NCBI GenBank assembly: GCA_964247025.1
Contig: CAXTSM010000001.1
Location: forward strand, 25,310 to 89,309
DNA length: 64,000 nucleotides
Direction: 5' to 3'
From: an uncultured Chthoniobacterales bacterium
Lineage (GTDB): Bacteria > Verrucomicrobiota > Verrucomicrobiia > Chthoniobacterales > JAATET01
Under the pieces are notes generated by a model. The model ran no database searches and was not told the origin of the DNA. It saw nothing but the letters and a program-made list of their open reading frames with translations. Below are positions 1 to 8,624 of the stretch, in pieces; within the stretch, counting starts at the first letter, position 1, and each line of letters begins with the position of its first letter. The translations under genes were made by a program, and so were the position numbers.

Positions 1-1
1 G

Positions 2-253
2 TTCCTCTACGACCAGATGTCCGTCTGGCAAAACGCGAGGCAGCATCCCGGCGAGACGCGCGCGCTGCTCGAGCCGGTGCAGCGAGAGCATTGGGCGGTC
101 GGGCTGCGGCCCGACGATGGAGCCCTCCGCGAAAAGGTGAATGCCTTTCTCGAAAAATATCGCCGCGACGGAGGGTTCGACCGGCTCGGCAACCGGTACT
201 TGAACGAACAGAAAACCGATTTTCGAGCGCGGGGCGTGCCGTTCTTTTTCTAG
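2..253 (+). CDS. C-terminal fragment of a periplasmic solute-binding (family-3 SBP / MltF-N-like) protein; the 5' end lies upstream of the window
   Basis: The frame is open from position 2 with no upstream stop. The tail ...WAVGLRPDDGALREKVNAFLEKYRRDGGFDRLGNRYL resembles the C-terminal lobe of polar amino-acid binding proteins. Third codon positions are G/C-rich. Confidence 0.45.
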   Translation, partial: FLYDQMSVWQNARQHPGETRALLEPVQREHWAVGLRPDDGALREKVNAFLEKYRRDGGFDRLGNRYLNEQKTDFRARGVPFFF

Positions 254-2721
254 GATCTTCTCCCGGACGAAATCCCGTCCAGCCAGCCAGGATCGCCGGC
301 CGACCACAGCTGCCCGTCCTCCGCCGCCGCCGGATTTCCGACCGCCCGCTGCAGCAAAGCCACGGGCGAGGCGCCGCCGGATTTTCCGGGTGCGACGGTG
401 AAAACGTGGAGCGCGTGTCGGGCGCGGGTCAGCGCGACATACCAGACGCAGAGCGCGTCGTAGGCATCGTCGTGCACCTGCTGCTCGTGCGCTTCGCGGA
501 GCACGGGATCCATCGCCGAGATCGCCGCATTCGGCCGGTGCAGGAGCCACTCCGCGGCCAGGTCTTTTCCGCGCCACGCGAGGAAGGGCTCGCGCGGGAC
601 GGCATCCATCCGGCCCGAATCGAAAACCGGAAGCAGCACGACGTCGAAGCCGAGGCCCTTGGCGCGATGGATCGTGAGGATCTGGACGTTGGCGGGCGAG
701 GCCACCTGACGGCGGAGATGCTCGTGGGCAAGACGAAGAAACCCGTCCAGCCGCGCGTCGCCGGTCGCGTCGAAGCGGCGGGCGAGGTCGAAAAGCAGGC
801 GCAGCCGCTGGCGGCTGAAGTCGTCGTGGGGCGGGCCGTCGGGCAGGCGCGCGAGCGTGTCCCGCAGGGTCGCCTCCATTCCGCCCGAGGTGGCGCGGGC
901 AAAGAACCAGGCGCGCATTCCCGGCCAGCCGCCGGCGGCGAGGAGGGCGCGCAGCGGCGACATTTCGACGGCGGCGGCGGCGGCGGAGTCCGCGGGATGC
1001 GCGACCGCCGAGACCAGCGCAAGCAGGCAGCGGTTCACCGGCGCGTCGATCGCGACCGGCTCGTCCGTCTCGGCGGTGACGTGGAAAAAGCCGCGCTCGC
1101 GCAGGCCGGCGGCGATGGCGCGGGCTTCGTCGTTCTTGAGCGTGAGCACCGCGCAGGTCAGGCCCCGGCGGACGGGATCGAGTCGTTGGAGCTCGGCCAG
1201 GAGGCGGTCCACGAAGGCGCCCTTGTCCTCGAGTCGATGCACCGTCGCATGGCCGGGGCGGTGCGGCGCGGCGGATTCATGGTCGCCCCAGAAGTCCCGC
1301 CATTCCGCGGTGACGCTGGCGGGAAGACCGTTCGCGGCGTCGCCGGCCGCGCGGCCGAAACGGTTGACGAGCTCGATGACGGCCGGGTCGGAGCGGTAGG
1401 ATTTCCGGAGTTCGCGTGGCCGGATGTGAGTGCCGTATCGCGCGAGGATGCGCGGCATGAGCCGGTGCTCGCCTCCGCGCCAGCGATAGATCGATTGTTT
1501 CGGGTCGCCCACGAAAAACGCGCTGCGGCGGCCGGAGTCGTCCTGCAGCACTTCGTCCACCAGGTTCTCGACGACGGCCCATTGCGGCAGGCTGGTATCC
1601 TGAAATTCGTCGAAGAGCCAGTGATCGATGCGGGCGTCCAGACGGGCCTGCCATTCCATCGCGGGCACGCGGCGCAGCATCTCGACGACATCCGCGAAGG
1701 CGAGCCACCCGGAGAGGCGGATCTCGGCGTGGTAGGCTTCGTCGAACGGCGCGAGCACGCGGTGGATGCCGCTCGTGATGCGCAGGTGCCGGTGCAGGGA
1801 GCCGATGATGAAGTGCGCGACCACGCGCCGGATGATCGGGACCATCCCGGCGTCGACCGGCGCGCTTTTTTTTCGAAACTCGAGCGTCAGGATTTCTCGA
1901 GCCGGATCTTCGCCGAATCGCTCGAACAATTGCTCGACCACGCGGCCGTCCGGAAGCTTCATGCCCGGCCGCCACTCGCGCGCGGTGGCGGCGAAGGATT
2001 CGAGCGAGCGGAAAATTTCGCCGTCGCGGGTCTTCGCCCATCGTTCCAGCGCGTCGGCATCCGCGCTCACGTCCGCGGGATCGGCGAGCCACGCGGAGCC
2101 GTCGGGCCAGATGCCGAGCGGGTCGCCCCATTGGTCCTCGCCGCGGGCGTCCAGGTAGCGGGAGTGATTCGTGGCGATGAATTCATCGAGCTTCCGGCGC
2201 AACGCCTTTTCCTCCGCGCCCCAGGTGGCGTCGTGATAGGCGGCGAGAAGCGCGGCCTGCGCTCCGGGATCGCCGCCCGCCGCGAGCAGGCGGGTGAGCA
2301 CGCGGCCGCGCATTTCGACGGCCTCGGCCTCGGCGAGCATCCGCACGCCGCCGGGCAGGCCGAGATCGAAGGGCATCGCGCCGACGATGCGTTGAAAAAA
2401 TGCGTCGAAGGTGCGGAATTGAAGCCGGTCCATGGCGCGCACGGTCCGGGCGAGCAGGGCGGAGAATTGCGCGGCGTTCCATGCCGGCAGGCCGACGGCC
2501 GCGGCCAGCGCGCGGGCGGCCTCGTCGTCCCGGGCGGCGTGGGCGAGCCGACGAAAGACGACGCCGGTGAATTCGCCCGCGGCCTTCCGCGTGAACGTGA
2601 GGGCCAGCACGGCCTCGGGGTCCACGCCGAGCGCGAACAAGCGCAGGATGCGGCTCGTGAGCGCATGGGTCTTCCCGGTGCCCGCCGAGGCGAGGATCAC
2701 TTCGCTCTCGATCGTCGTCAT
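250..2721 (-). CDS. UvrD/Rep superfamily-1 DNA helicase, AddA-like partner (823 aa) with no C-terminal nuclease domain evident
   Basis: The real start is the internal ATG at 2721 (MTTIESEVILASAGTGKTHALT), not the 4764 start of the 1504-aa track ORF. Helicase motifs are visible: AGTGKT, ALTFTRKAA, DEFQDTS, FFVGDPKQSIYRWRGG, ILTIHRAKGLGFD, YVALTRARHAL. An ATGA stop/start overlap links it to the upstream gene at 2718-2721. Confidence 0.85.
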   Translation of the reverse strand: MTTIESEVILASAGTGKTHALTSRILRLFALGVDPEAVLALTFTRKAAGEFTGVVFRRLAHAARDDEAARALAAAVGLPAWNAAQFSALLARTVRAMDRLQFRTFDAFFQRIVGAMPFDLGLPGGVRMLAEAEAVEMRGRVLTRLLAAGGDPGAQAALLAAYHDATWGAEEKALRRKLDEFIATNHSRYLDARGEDQWGDPLGIWPDGSAWLADPADVSADADALERWAKTRDGEIFRSLESFAATAREWRPGMKLPDGRVVEQLFERFGEDPAREILTLEFRKKSAPVDAGMVPIIRRVVAHFIIGSLHRHLRITSGIHRVLAPFDEAYHAEIRLSGWLAFADVVEMLRRVPAMEWQARLDARIDHWLFDEFQDTSLPQWAVVENLVDEVLQDDSGRRSAFFVGDPKQSIYRWRGGEHRLMPRILARYGTHIRPRELRKSYRSDPAVIELVNRFGRAAGDAANGLPASVTAEWRDFWGDHESAAPHRPGHATVHRLEDKGAFVDRLLAELQRLDPVRRGLTCAVLTLKNDEARAIAAGLRERGFFHVTAETDEPVAIDAPVNRCLLALVSAVAHPADSAAAAAVEMSPLRALLAAGGWPGMRAWFFARATSGGMEATLRDTLARLPDGPPHDDFSRQRLRLLFDLARRFDATGDARLDGFLRLAHEHLRRQVASPANVQILTIHRAKGLGFDVVLLPVFDSGRMDAVPREPFLAWRGKDLAAEWLLHRPNAAISAMDPVLREAHEQQVHDDAYDALCVWYVALTRARHALHVFTVAPGKSGGASPVALLQRAVGNPAAAEDGQLWSAGDPGWLDGISSGRRS

Positions 2722-5447
2722 GGCGCGCAGGAACGCACGAAGGCGCCGCCGGGATCGACGACCCGGGCGGGATCGGGTGGGAAAAAACCAGCGAAGTCCG
2801 GGTGGGCGGCGCGGGGGTTCCGGGGCCAGAATTTGCGCCGGGCCAGATCCGCGAGCACTCCGCGGGCGCAGGCGAGCGCGGAGGTTTGCCGGGGACCGTC
2901 GAGGTCGTCCCAAAGACGAAGACCGGTTTCGGAGATCGTCTTGGGCAGGTTGAAGTAACCGCAGTCGATCGCCTCGTCGGGCCGGCCGCTTTCCACGAGA
3001 AGACGGCGGTAGAGGGGAAGCTGGAGATTGATCCACCAATCGGCGGAGTCCGGCACGCGGGCGTAAGGCGGCGGCCAGGCGCGATCGGCGGGGCGGAAGG
3101 CGCGCAGGTGTTTTTTGGCCGGTTCGTCGGGCGCGTCGAACGTCTTGTAATCGATCACGCGCCAGCGCCCGTCGTTTTCGTTCTCGTCGAGGCGGTCCAC
3201 GCGGCCGGAAATCTTCCATCCATCGAGCTCCCAGGGGCGGCCGAGGATGTCCTCGAAGCCGGCCTCGATCCTCCGGATGCGCCAGCCCGCCCGAAAGTCC
3301 GCGGCCTGCCATGCGGCGAAGGCGTGCAGGCGGGCGCGGGCGGAGTCGAGCTGCACGCGCAGAGGGAGCGAGAGCGTGCGGCCCACGGTGCGAAGAGCCC
3401 ACGTGGAGACGTGCGCCTCGAGCGAACGGCTGATCGCGGCCGCGTCGGCGACGGGATCGGCGTCGCGCGCCCAGTGCTCCAGCGCGAAATGAACGAGGTC
3501 GCCGAATTGCGCGGCGTCGAGCTCGTCGGCCGACGGCTCGAAGGGCCGCATGCCGGCCGCGCGCCGGAGATAAAACGTGAACGGGCAGTCGAGGTAGCGT
3601 TCGAAATCCGTGACGCTGATGGTGCGCGGAAGTTCCTTCACCGGCGGATCGAGCTGCCATCCCGCGGACCAAGCGGGATCGGGCCGGGGCGGCCGCGCCT
3701 CGGCGAACAAACGCTCGACCCGCGCCGGCAGGGCGGGGCCCGCGCCGGCAAAAAGCAGCGGCGAGGGTTGGAGCGGCGAGCCTTCGGCATCCAGCTGCAC
3801 CACCCAGGCCTCGACGCGGCCGCGCCGGGCGAGGATCCGGGCGAGAAAATACGCGTCGCGGGCGAGGCGCTCCTCGGCTCCCGGCAGGCCCAGCGAGCGC
3901 CGGGTGCCCTTGGTCAAGAAAATTTCCGAGCCGAGGGGCGTCGGCACCTGGCCAAGATTCATCCCGGCGAGCAGAAGCCGCGGCGCATCGCTCCACGGGA
4001 GCTCGAGCCACCCGGACGCCTCGACGGCGCCCGGCGGTGCGCCCGGATAGAGGCGCTCGTCGGCGAACGCGTCGGCGAGCGAGGCCAAGCAGTCGGCGGG
4101 GGAAAGTCGGAGGTGGGTCGACGCGGCCTGCAGACGATCCAGCGCGGCTTGGATCGATGCGAGGGCGGGGTCGGCCGGCGCCGTTTCCATGGAATGCGGC
4201 GCGGGGGGAAATGCGGCGGATAGTTCTTCGGCGAGTTGGCGGGCCGTCTCGATCGGGCGGGCGCGCAGCGCGGCCAGGACGACTTCGAGGGAGGACAGGA
4301 CGGCGGACAGCGCGGGATTTTTCGACGTCCAAGGTCTCGCGGCACGAAGCGTGGCCGGAAAATGCGCGACGAGGATCGCGTCCGCGGCCGCGAGGGCGGC
4401 GTCGGGATCGAAGGCCGCCACGCGCGACGCCAGCCAGGCCCGCATCGCGCCATTGCGGAGGAGGTCTACCACGCGGTCGAACGCCGGCTCCTCGCCGAGC
4501 GCCGCGAGGGAGTTCACCGTGCGGACCAGCCAGTGGCCGGTGAACGGGAGGCCGGTCGGATCGTGAATGGCGCGTCCGCCGTCGGCGAGCGCCTCCGTGA
4601 GACCGGCGAGGAGCTCGCGGTCGAGCAGGCCGATTTCGAGGGGGCCGGAGTCGAGACGCATCTCGCCGATGCCGTCGGGGCGGGCGACGAGCCGGACCTG
4701 CCCCTCGAAATCGATCCAGCCGGGATCGCGTTCCGTCCAGGCCCCGGGGAGCGGACGGCCCCATGCGTCGAACGCGTCCGGCTCGTCCGGGGCGGCAACG
4801 ACGACCGTGACGGCTTCGCGCAGAAGTTCGAGCGCGTGCGCGATCGCCGGCGGCAGGTCCGCGGCCGCGACGACGACGACTTCATGGGAACCGGCGGGAA
4901 GCCGCGGACGGCGCCGGCCTTCCAGCCTCGACGTTTCCGGCTCGCGCCGTCCCACGCGGAGAAGCGCGCGGTCCGCCGCGGCGAGCAATTGCGAAAGGTC
5001 CCGCCAGCGGGCGGCTTCGGCGGAACCGGGCGCCAGGCGGGTGGCGGCTTCCGCGACCGTGAGGCCGTGCTCGGCCAGTTCCGCCTGGAGGGAGCGCAGG
5101 CTGCGGGCGAGCGCCAGGCGTTCGGAAAAAGTCCGGGCGGGCACGCCGGCGGGAAACAACGCGGGGAGCCGCGCGGCCCGGTTGGTCGCCAGCCCGGCGG
5201 CGAGGGCGAGAACGGTCTCGAACGGATCGGCGAGGTCCTCCCCGGCCGGAGCGAGAAATTCCGCCGGCGTGACGATGAGGGGCGCGGGTTTGCCGGCGAA
5301 GGCGGCGCGAAGGCGACGGCGGGCCTGTTGCGACGGCACGACGACGAGCACGCGCGCGGGATTTTCCGGACGCGCGGCGAGCCAGCGGGCCGCGGCCGGG
5401 GCGGTCGGCTCCGACCAGTCGAGGAACACGCGCTCGGGTTTCGGCAT
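2718..5447 (-). CDS. PD-(D/E)XK nuclease family protein, AddB-like partner of the helicase
   Basis: ATG at 5447 (MPKPERVFLDW); a TTG at 5483 is also possible. The C-terminus carries a RecB-type nuclease signature: GDLVHFALEHW ... RVDRLD ... WRVIDYKT. The N-terminal helicase-like region has no Walker A. It is translationally coupled to the downstream helicase gene. Confidence 0.8.
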   Translation of the reverse strand: MPKPERVFLDWSEPTAPAAARWLAARPENPARVLVVVPSQQARRRLRAAFAGKPAPLIVTPAEFLAPAGEDLADPFETVLALAAGLATNRAARLPALFPAGVPARTFSERLALARSLRSLQAELAEHGLTVAEAATRLAPGSAEAARWRDLSQLLAAADRALLRVGRREPETSRLEGRRRPRLPAGSHEVVVVAAADLPPAIAHALELLREAVTVVVAAPDEPDAFDAWGRPLPGAWTERDPGWIDFEGQVRLVARPDGIGEMRLDSGPLEIGLLDRELLAGLTEALADGGRAIHDPTGLPFTGHWLVRTVNSLAALGEEPAFDRVVDLLRNGAMRAWLASRVAAFDPDAALAAADAILVAHFPATLRAARPWTSKNPALSAVLSSLEVVLAALRARPIETARQLAEELSAAFPPAPHSMETAPADPALASIQAALDRLQAASTHLRLSPADCLASLADAFADERLYPGAPPGAVEASGWLELPWSDAPRLLLAGMNLGQVPTPLGSEIFLTKGTRRSLGLPGAEERLARDAYFLARILARRGRVEAWVVQLDAEGSPLQPSPLLFAGAGPALPARVERLFAEARPPRPDPAWSAGWQLDPPVKELPRTISVTDFERYLDCPFTFYLRRAAGMRPFEPSADELDAAQFGDLVHFALEHWARDADPVADAAAISRSLEAHVSTWALRTVGRTLSLPLRVQLDSARARLHAFAAWQAADFRAGWRIRRIEAGFEDILGRPWELDGWKISGRVDRLDENENDGRWRVIDYKTFDAPDEPAKKHLRAFRPADRAWPPPYARVPDSADWWINLQLPLYRRLLVESGRPDEAIDCGYFNLPKTISETGLRLWDDLDGPRQTSALACARGVLADLARRKFWPRNPRAAHPDFAGFFPPDPARVVDPGGAFVRSCAP

Positions 5448-5519
5448 GGTCGGCAGCGTAGCGGGAACCTTCGGCGCAGGCAACGCGGCTGGCGCGGCCC
5501 CGAGCGCCGAATACCGGGG

Positions 5520-6260
5520 ATGTCGTCCGCCGATCCCTCTCCGCTCACCTGTTTCCCGCGGGATGGCTTGATGAAGCCCATCCTCGAGCAGAGCGAGCTA
5601 GGGCAGATCTCGCCGGACCTTCTGGACATGCGCCTGGTGACCGGTTGGCGGCATTTCGGGCCGCGTTTTTTTCGCTATAACCTCGCGTTGCACGCCGGGG
5701 TGCTCTGCGGAGTGATGCCGCTTCGCCTGCGGATCGAGCGGTTCGCGCCGTCGAAGAGCCAGCGGCGCGTGGGGCGGAAGAATGCCGATCTGACGACCCG
5801 CGTGGCGCCGACCGTTCATTGCCCGGAATACGACCGTTTGTTCGAGCTGCACCGTTCCCGGTTCACCGAAAACGTTCCGGAATCCTTGCGCGATTTTCTC
5901 TCGGCTCATCCCGCGGATCTCCCTTGCGCGAATTTTGCCCTGGAGGTGCGGCTGGCGGAGGAATTGATCGCGGTGAGCTTCTTCGACCTCGGGGAGGAAT
6001 CGGCTTCGAGCGTGTATGCCGCCTTCGATCCGGCGCACGAGGAGCGCAGTCTCGGCATCTTCACGCTGCTCCTGGAGATCGAGCACGCCCGGCGGCTGGG
6101 CCGGCGCTTTCATTACCTGGGCTACGCCTACACGGTGCCGTCGGTTTACGATTACAAAAAGCATTTTGCGGGCGTCGAGGGCTACGACTGGGAGCAGCGC
6201 TGGATGCCGTTGCCGGCGGATTTCACGTGGTGGCGTCCGCTCGAGGCGGCGGAAGCCTAA
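5520..6260 (+). CDS. bpt: Aminoacyl-tRNA--protein transferase of the Ate/Bpt family (N-end-rule transferase-like)
   Basis: ATG at 5520 (alternative at 5571). GWRHFGPRFFRYN and HYLGYAYTVPSVYDYKKHF resemble the ATE_N/ATE_C regions of bacterial Bpt. Only the last 246 aa of the 674-aa track ORF look coding. Confidence 0.65.
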   Translation: MSSADPSPLTCFPRDGLMKPILEQSELGQISPDLLDMRLVTGWRHFGPRFFRYNLALHAGVLCGVMPLRLRIERFAPSKSQRRVGRKNADLTTRVAPTVHCPEYDRLFELHRSRFTENVPESLRDFLSAHPADLPCANFALEVRLAEELIAVSFFDLGEESASSVYAAFDPAHEERSLGIFTLLLEIEHARRLGRRFHYLGYAYTVPSVYDYKKHFAGVEGYDWEQRWMPLPADFTWWRPLEAAEA

Positions 6261-6898
6261 TTGATCGAGGAGATCCCGGCGCGGATCGCGTAACGCGTGA
6301 GTTTCACGGCGTCGTGCAGGTTCAGCTTGCGCATGATGTGCTCGCGAAATTTGTCGGCGGTCTTGATGCTGATATGAAGCTGGTCGGCGATCTCTTTCGT
6401 GGAAAAGCCCTCCGCGACGAGGCGCAGGACCAGACGCTCGCGCTTGGTCAGATGGCTGGGATGCGCGGCTGGGACGGGGTGAAGCAAGGGCTGGGCGACG
6501 CGGTCGAAGTAACATCCTCCGTCCTTGAGGATGGAAAGCGCGGTGACCAGCGACGTGAGCGGACTGCTGGCCGAGATGATGCCGTGCACCTGGGCGGCCA
6601 TCATTCCCCGGACCATCTCTTGATGAATCGTGCCGGTAAAAAGAAGAATCTTCACCTCGGGATTCTGCCGCCGGATCGCCAGGACCAGATCCATCCCGGA
6701 GAGATCGGGAAAAAATGGTGAAATGATCAGGACGGCGGGAGTTTTCCGGCCGCATTGAGAGATGGCGTCGGCGGCGAGGTTGACCTTCCACGTGACGAAG
6801 AACCTTTCTTGTGTCGCCAGAAAATGGGCCAGAAGGTCGCCCACGGACGCAAATTGGCTGGCAATGCCCACGCTCTTTTCTGGGGAGGATCGAACCAT
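6257..6898 (-). CDS. LuxR/NarL-family transcriptional regulator with a degenerate (Asp-less) receiver domain
   Basis: The C-terminal HTH (LTKRERLVLRLVAEGFSTKEIADQLHISIKTADKFREHIMRKLNL) is a GerE/LuxR type. The N-terminal domain aligns to a receiver fold. The phospho-acceptor position reads S (VLIISPFFPDLSGMDL), the acidic pocket DD is absent, and the conserved Lys position reads S. Confidence 0.8.
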   Translation of the reverse strand: MVRSSPEKSVGIASQFASVGDLLAHFLATQERFFVTWKVNLAADAISQCGRKTPAVLIISPFFPDLSGMDLVLAIRRQNPEVKILLFTGTIHQEMVRGMMAAQVHGIISASSPLTSLVTALSILKDGGCYFDRVAQPLLHPVPAAHPSHLTKRERLVLRLVAEGFSTKEIADQLHISIKTADKFREHIMRKLNLHDAVKLTRYAIRAGISSIN

Positions 6899-6933
6899 GC
6901 AATATCCTTGGGGAACCCGTGAAAATTAAGACC

Positions 6934-6966
6934 TTCCTAGGAAATTTCCAGAAAATTCTAGGAATT
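6934..6966. promoter_or_regulatory. Candidate operator: palindromic boxes TTCCTAGGAA / GGAAATTTCC plus a second TTCTAGGAA copy 22 nt downstream
   Basis: The sequence TTCCTAGGAAATTTCCAGAAAATTCTAGGAATT lies in the low-GC divergent intergenic region between the LuxR-type gene (start 6898, minus strand) and the PEP-CTERM gene (start 7143-7176, plus strand). TTCCTAGGAA and GGAAATTTCC are each perfect palindromes. Confidence 0.4.
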
Positions 6967-7142
6967 GAACCTTATGGCAGGCGGGAATTGGGCGCTCTTG
7001 TTCGAAGGATTGATGACTGGTTTTTTTTGATCCATAGGCGATCACCTTATTTTGCGGCCCGGTGATTTCCGCAAAGGCGACCAGGTGGACTAAGTGCATT
7101 GATATCCGGCACTTACCCATCTAGTCAGGACGTTCGAATGCC

Positions 7143-8567
7143 GTGAGGATGAAAGTCGAAACAAAACAATCCCTCATGAAAATATCACATCTGGCCCTTA
7201 TTCTCGGCACCTCCATCCTCACGGCAGCATCCGCCGCCACCATCGCGATCCCGAACGGTGATTTCAGCCTTGGCGCAAACAACGGCAGCATTCAAGGAAG
7301 CATCCTGAGCGGCGGCGCGACCGCGGGGCCGCTCGGATCCGGACCGTGGAACGGGAAGACCAGCGGCCTGGTCTCCGTCCTGCTTCCGCCCACCGCTTCC
7401 ATCGGATCCGGCCACGCCTCGGTCACGGGCCTTCTTGGGCTCGGGGCGTTGGGGCAGTCCAACACGGCGCAGTTCTACCAGACCATCTCCGGACTGGCGT
7501 TTCAGCCGGGCACGACTTACACCTTGAGCGCCACCGTCGACAGCGGCATGTCGCTGAGCCTCGGTCTGCTGGGGCACAACGGCATCGGTCTTGCGTTGAC
7601 GAGGGGTGGAAACGTCAACGTCGTCGCGGATTCCGCGACCGCGTCGGCGGGTCTGGTCACGCTCGTCCCGCTGGGCGGCACGGCTTATCGGTTGGGTCTC
7701 CAATATCTCTCGCCCGCCTCGCCACCGGCCGGCGACCTTGGCATCCGGCTCTATGCGGGATTCAACGCCGACCTCGCCACCGCGAGCCTGCTTCAGAATG
7801 TCACCTTCGACTCCGTGACGCTCACGGCCGTGCCCGAGCCGTCTTCCACGGCGTTGTTCACCGCGGGCCTCGCGCTGCTGGCCGTCGTCGCCGTCCGCCG
7901 GAAAAGAGCCCTCGGGCCACTGGCCCTGGTGGCGGCGATGGCGATGGCGGCGCCCTCGGCTCGTGCGTCCCTGCCGACCACCGACATTCCGTTGAACATC
8001 ACCCTCGCCCCCAATGCGAGCTATACGATCACCGCCGACGTGAACGTCACCCTGGCTGGCGCGTTGCTGGGATTGCTTTCCGCCAACGACGATCCGTTGG
8101 AAATCCTGAACGGCGACGGCAATGTGATTGGTCTCGTGCCCGTTCAGGACCTCATCGATCTGCTCACCGGAGCGAGCGGCGCGGTGACGCATCAGATCGA
8201 GATGGTGCTGACGGCGGGCGGCCAGGAAATCATCAACCCGGTCGTGCGCGTGCTCGACAGCCCGTTGATCCAGGTGACGAATCCGACCATCGCCCCGACG
8301 ACCGGCGACAAACGGCCGGGCATCGCGGTCGTCGCCCGCAACCGGGCTGGAAGTTACCTTCGCCTGAGGGGCCGCGCGAAGGACGACCACCAGGTTGCCA
8401 GAATCGAAGTCGTGATGAACGGTCATCGTCGTCCGGTCGCGGGCCGCGATAAATGGACCTCGAAGCTGAAACTCCGGACGGGCCGTAATTTCATTCGGGT
8501 GCGGTCCTTCGACGACGCCGGCCAGGCGAGCGCGCCGAAGCGCTTCAAGGTCACGCAAAAAAACTGA
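7143..8567 (+). CDS. Secreted PEP-CTERM protein continuing in frame into a second about 220-aa secreted-type domain (internal sorting signal)
   Basis: Possible starts are GTG 7143, ATG 7149 and ATG 7176 (MKISHLALILGTSILTAASA, a signal peptide). The PEP-CTERM signal VPEPSSTALFTAGLALLAVVAVRRKR sits at aa 230-255 (nt 7830-7907). It is followed without a stop by ALGPLALVAAMAMAAPSARA|SL and a beta-rich domain ending in an Ig-like segment (ARIEVVMNGHRRPV...FIRVRSFDDAGQAS). Confidence 0.75.
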   Translation: MRMKVETKQSLMKISHLALILGTSILTAASAATIAIPNGDFSLGANNGSIQGSILSGGATAGPLGSGPWNGKTSGLVSVLLPPTASIGSGHASVTGLLGLGALGQSNTAQFYQTISGLAFQPGTTYTLSATVDSGMSLSLGLLGHNGIGLALTRGGNVNVVADSATASAGLVTLVPLGGTAYRLGLQYLSPASPPAGDLGIRLYAGFNADLATASLLQNVTFDSVTLTAVPEPSSTALFTAGLALLAVVAVRRKRALGPLALVAAMAMAAPSARASLPTTDIPLNITLAPNASYTITADVNVTLAGALLGLLSANDDPLEILNGDGNVIGLVPVQDLIDLLTGASGAVTHQIEMVLTAGGQEIINPVVRVLDSPLIQVTNPTIAPTTGDKRPGIAVVARNRAGSYLRLRGRAKDDHQVARIEVVMNGHRRPVAGRDKWTSKLKLRTGRNFIRVRSFDDAGQASAPKRFKVTQKN

Positions 8568-8580
8568 GCCCTCGCACAAG

Positions 8581-8615
8581 AGCCCGCGCGAATCCGGCGC
8601 GGGCTTCTTGTTTTC
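8581..8615 (+). terminator. Rho-independent terminator between convergent genes
   Basis: AGCCCGCGC-gaatccg-GCGCGGGCT forms a 9-bp GC stem, followed by TCTTGTTTTC. It starts 14 nt after the stop at 8567 and is usable from both directions. Confidence 0.75.
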
Positions 8616-8624
8616 CCCCGGGAG

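Noticed and set aside
91-4764. Long ORFs 91..2958 (+, 955 aa) and the N-terminal 681 codons of 250..4764 (-, 1504 aa)
   Set aside because: Both are Arg/Pro/Gly-rich nonsense with no motifs. They lie antisense to or out of frame with the clearly motif-bearing helicase and nuclease genes. This is a typical high-GC shadow-ORF artefact.
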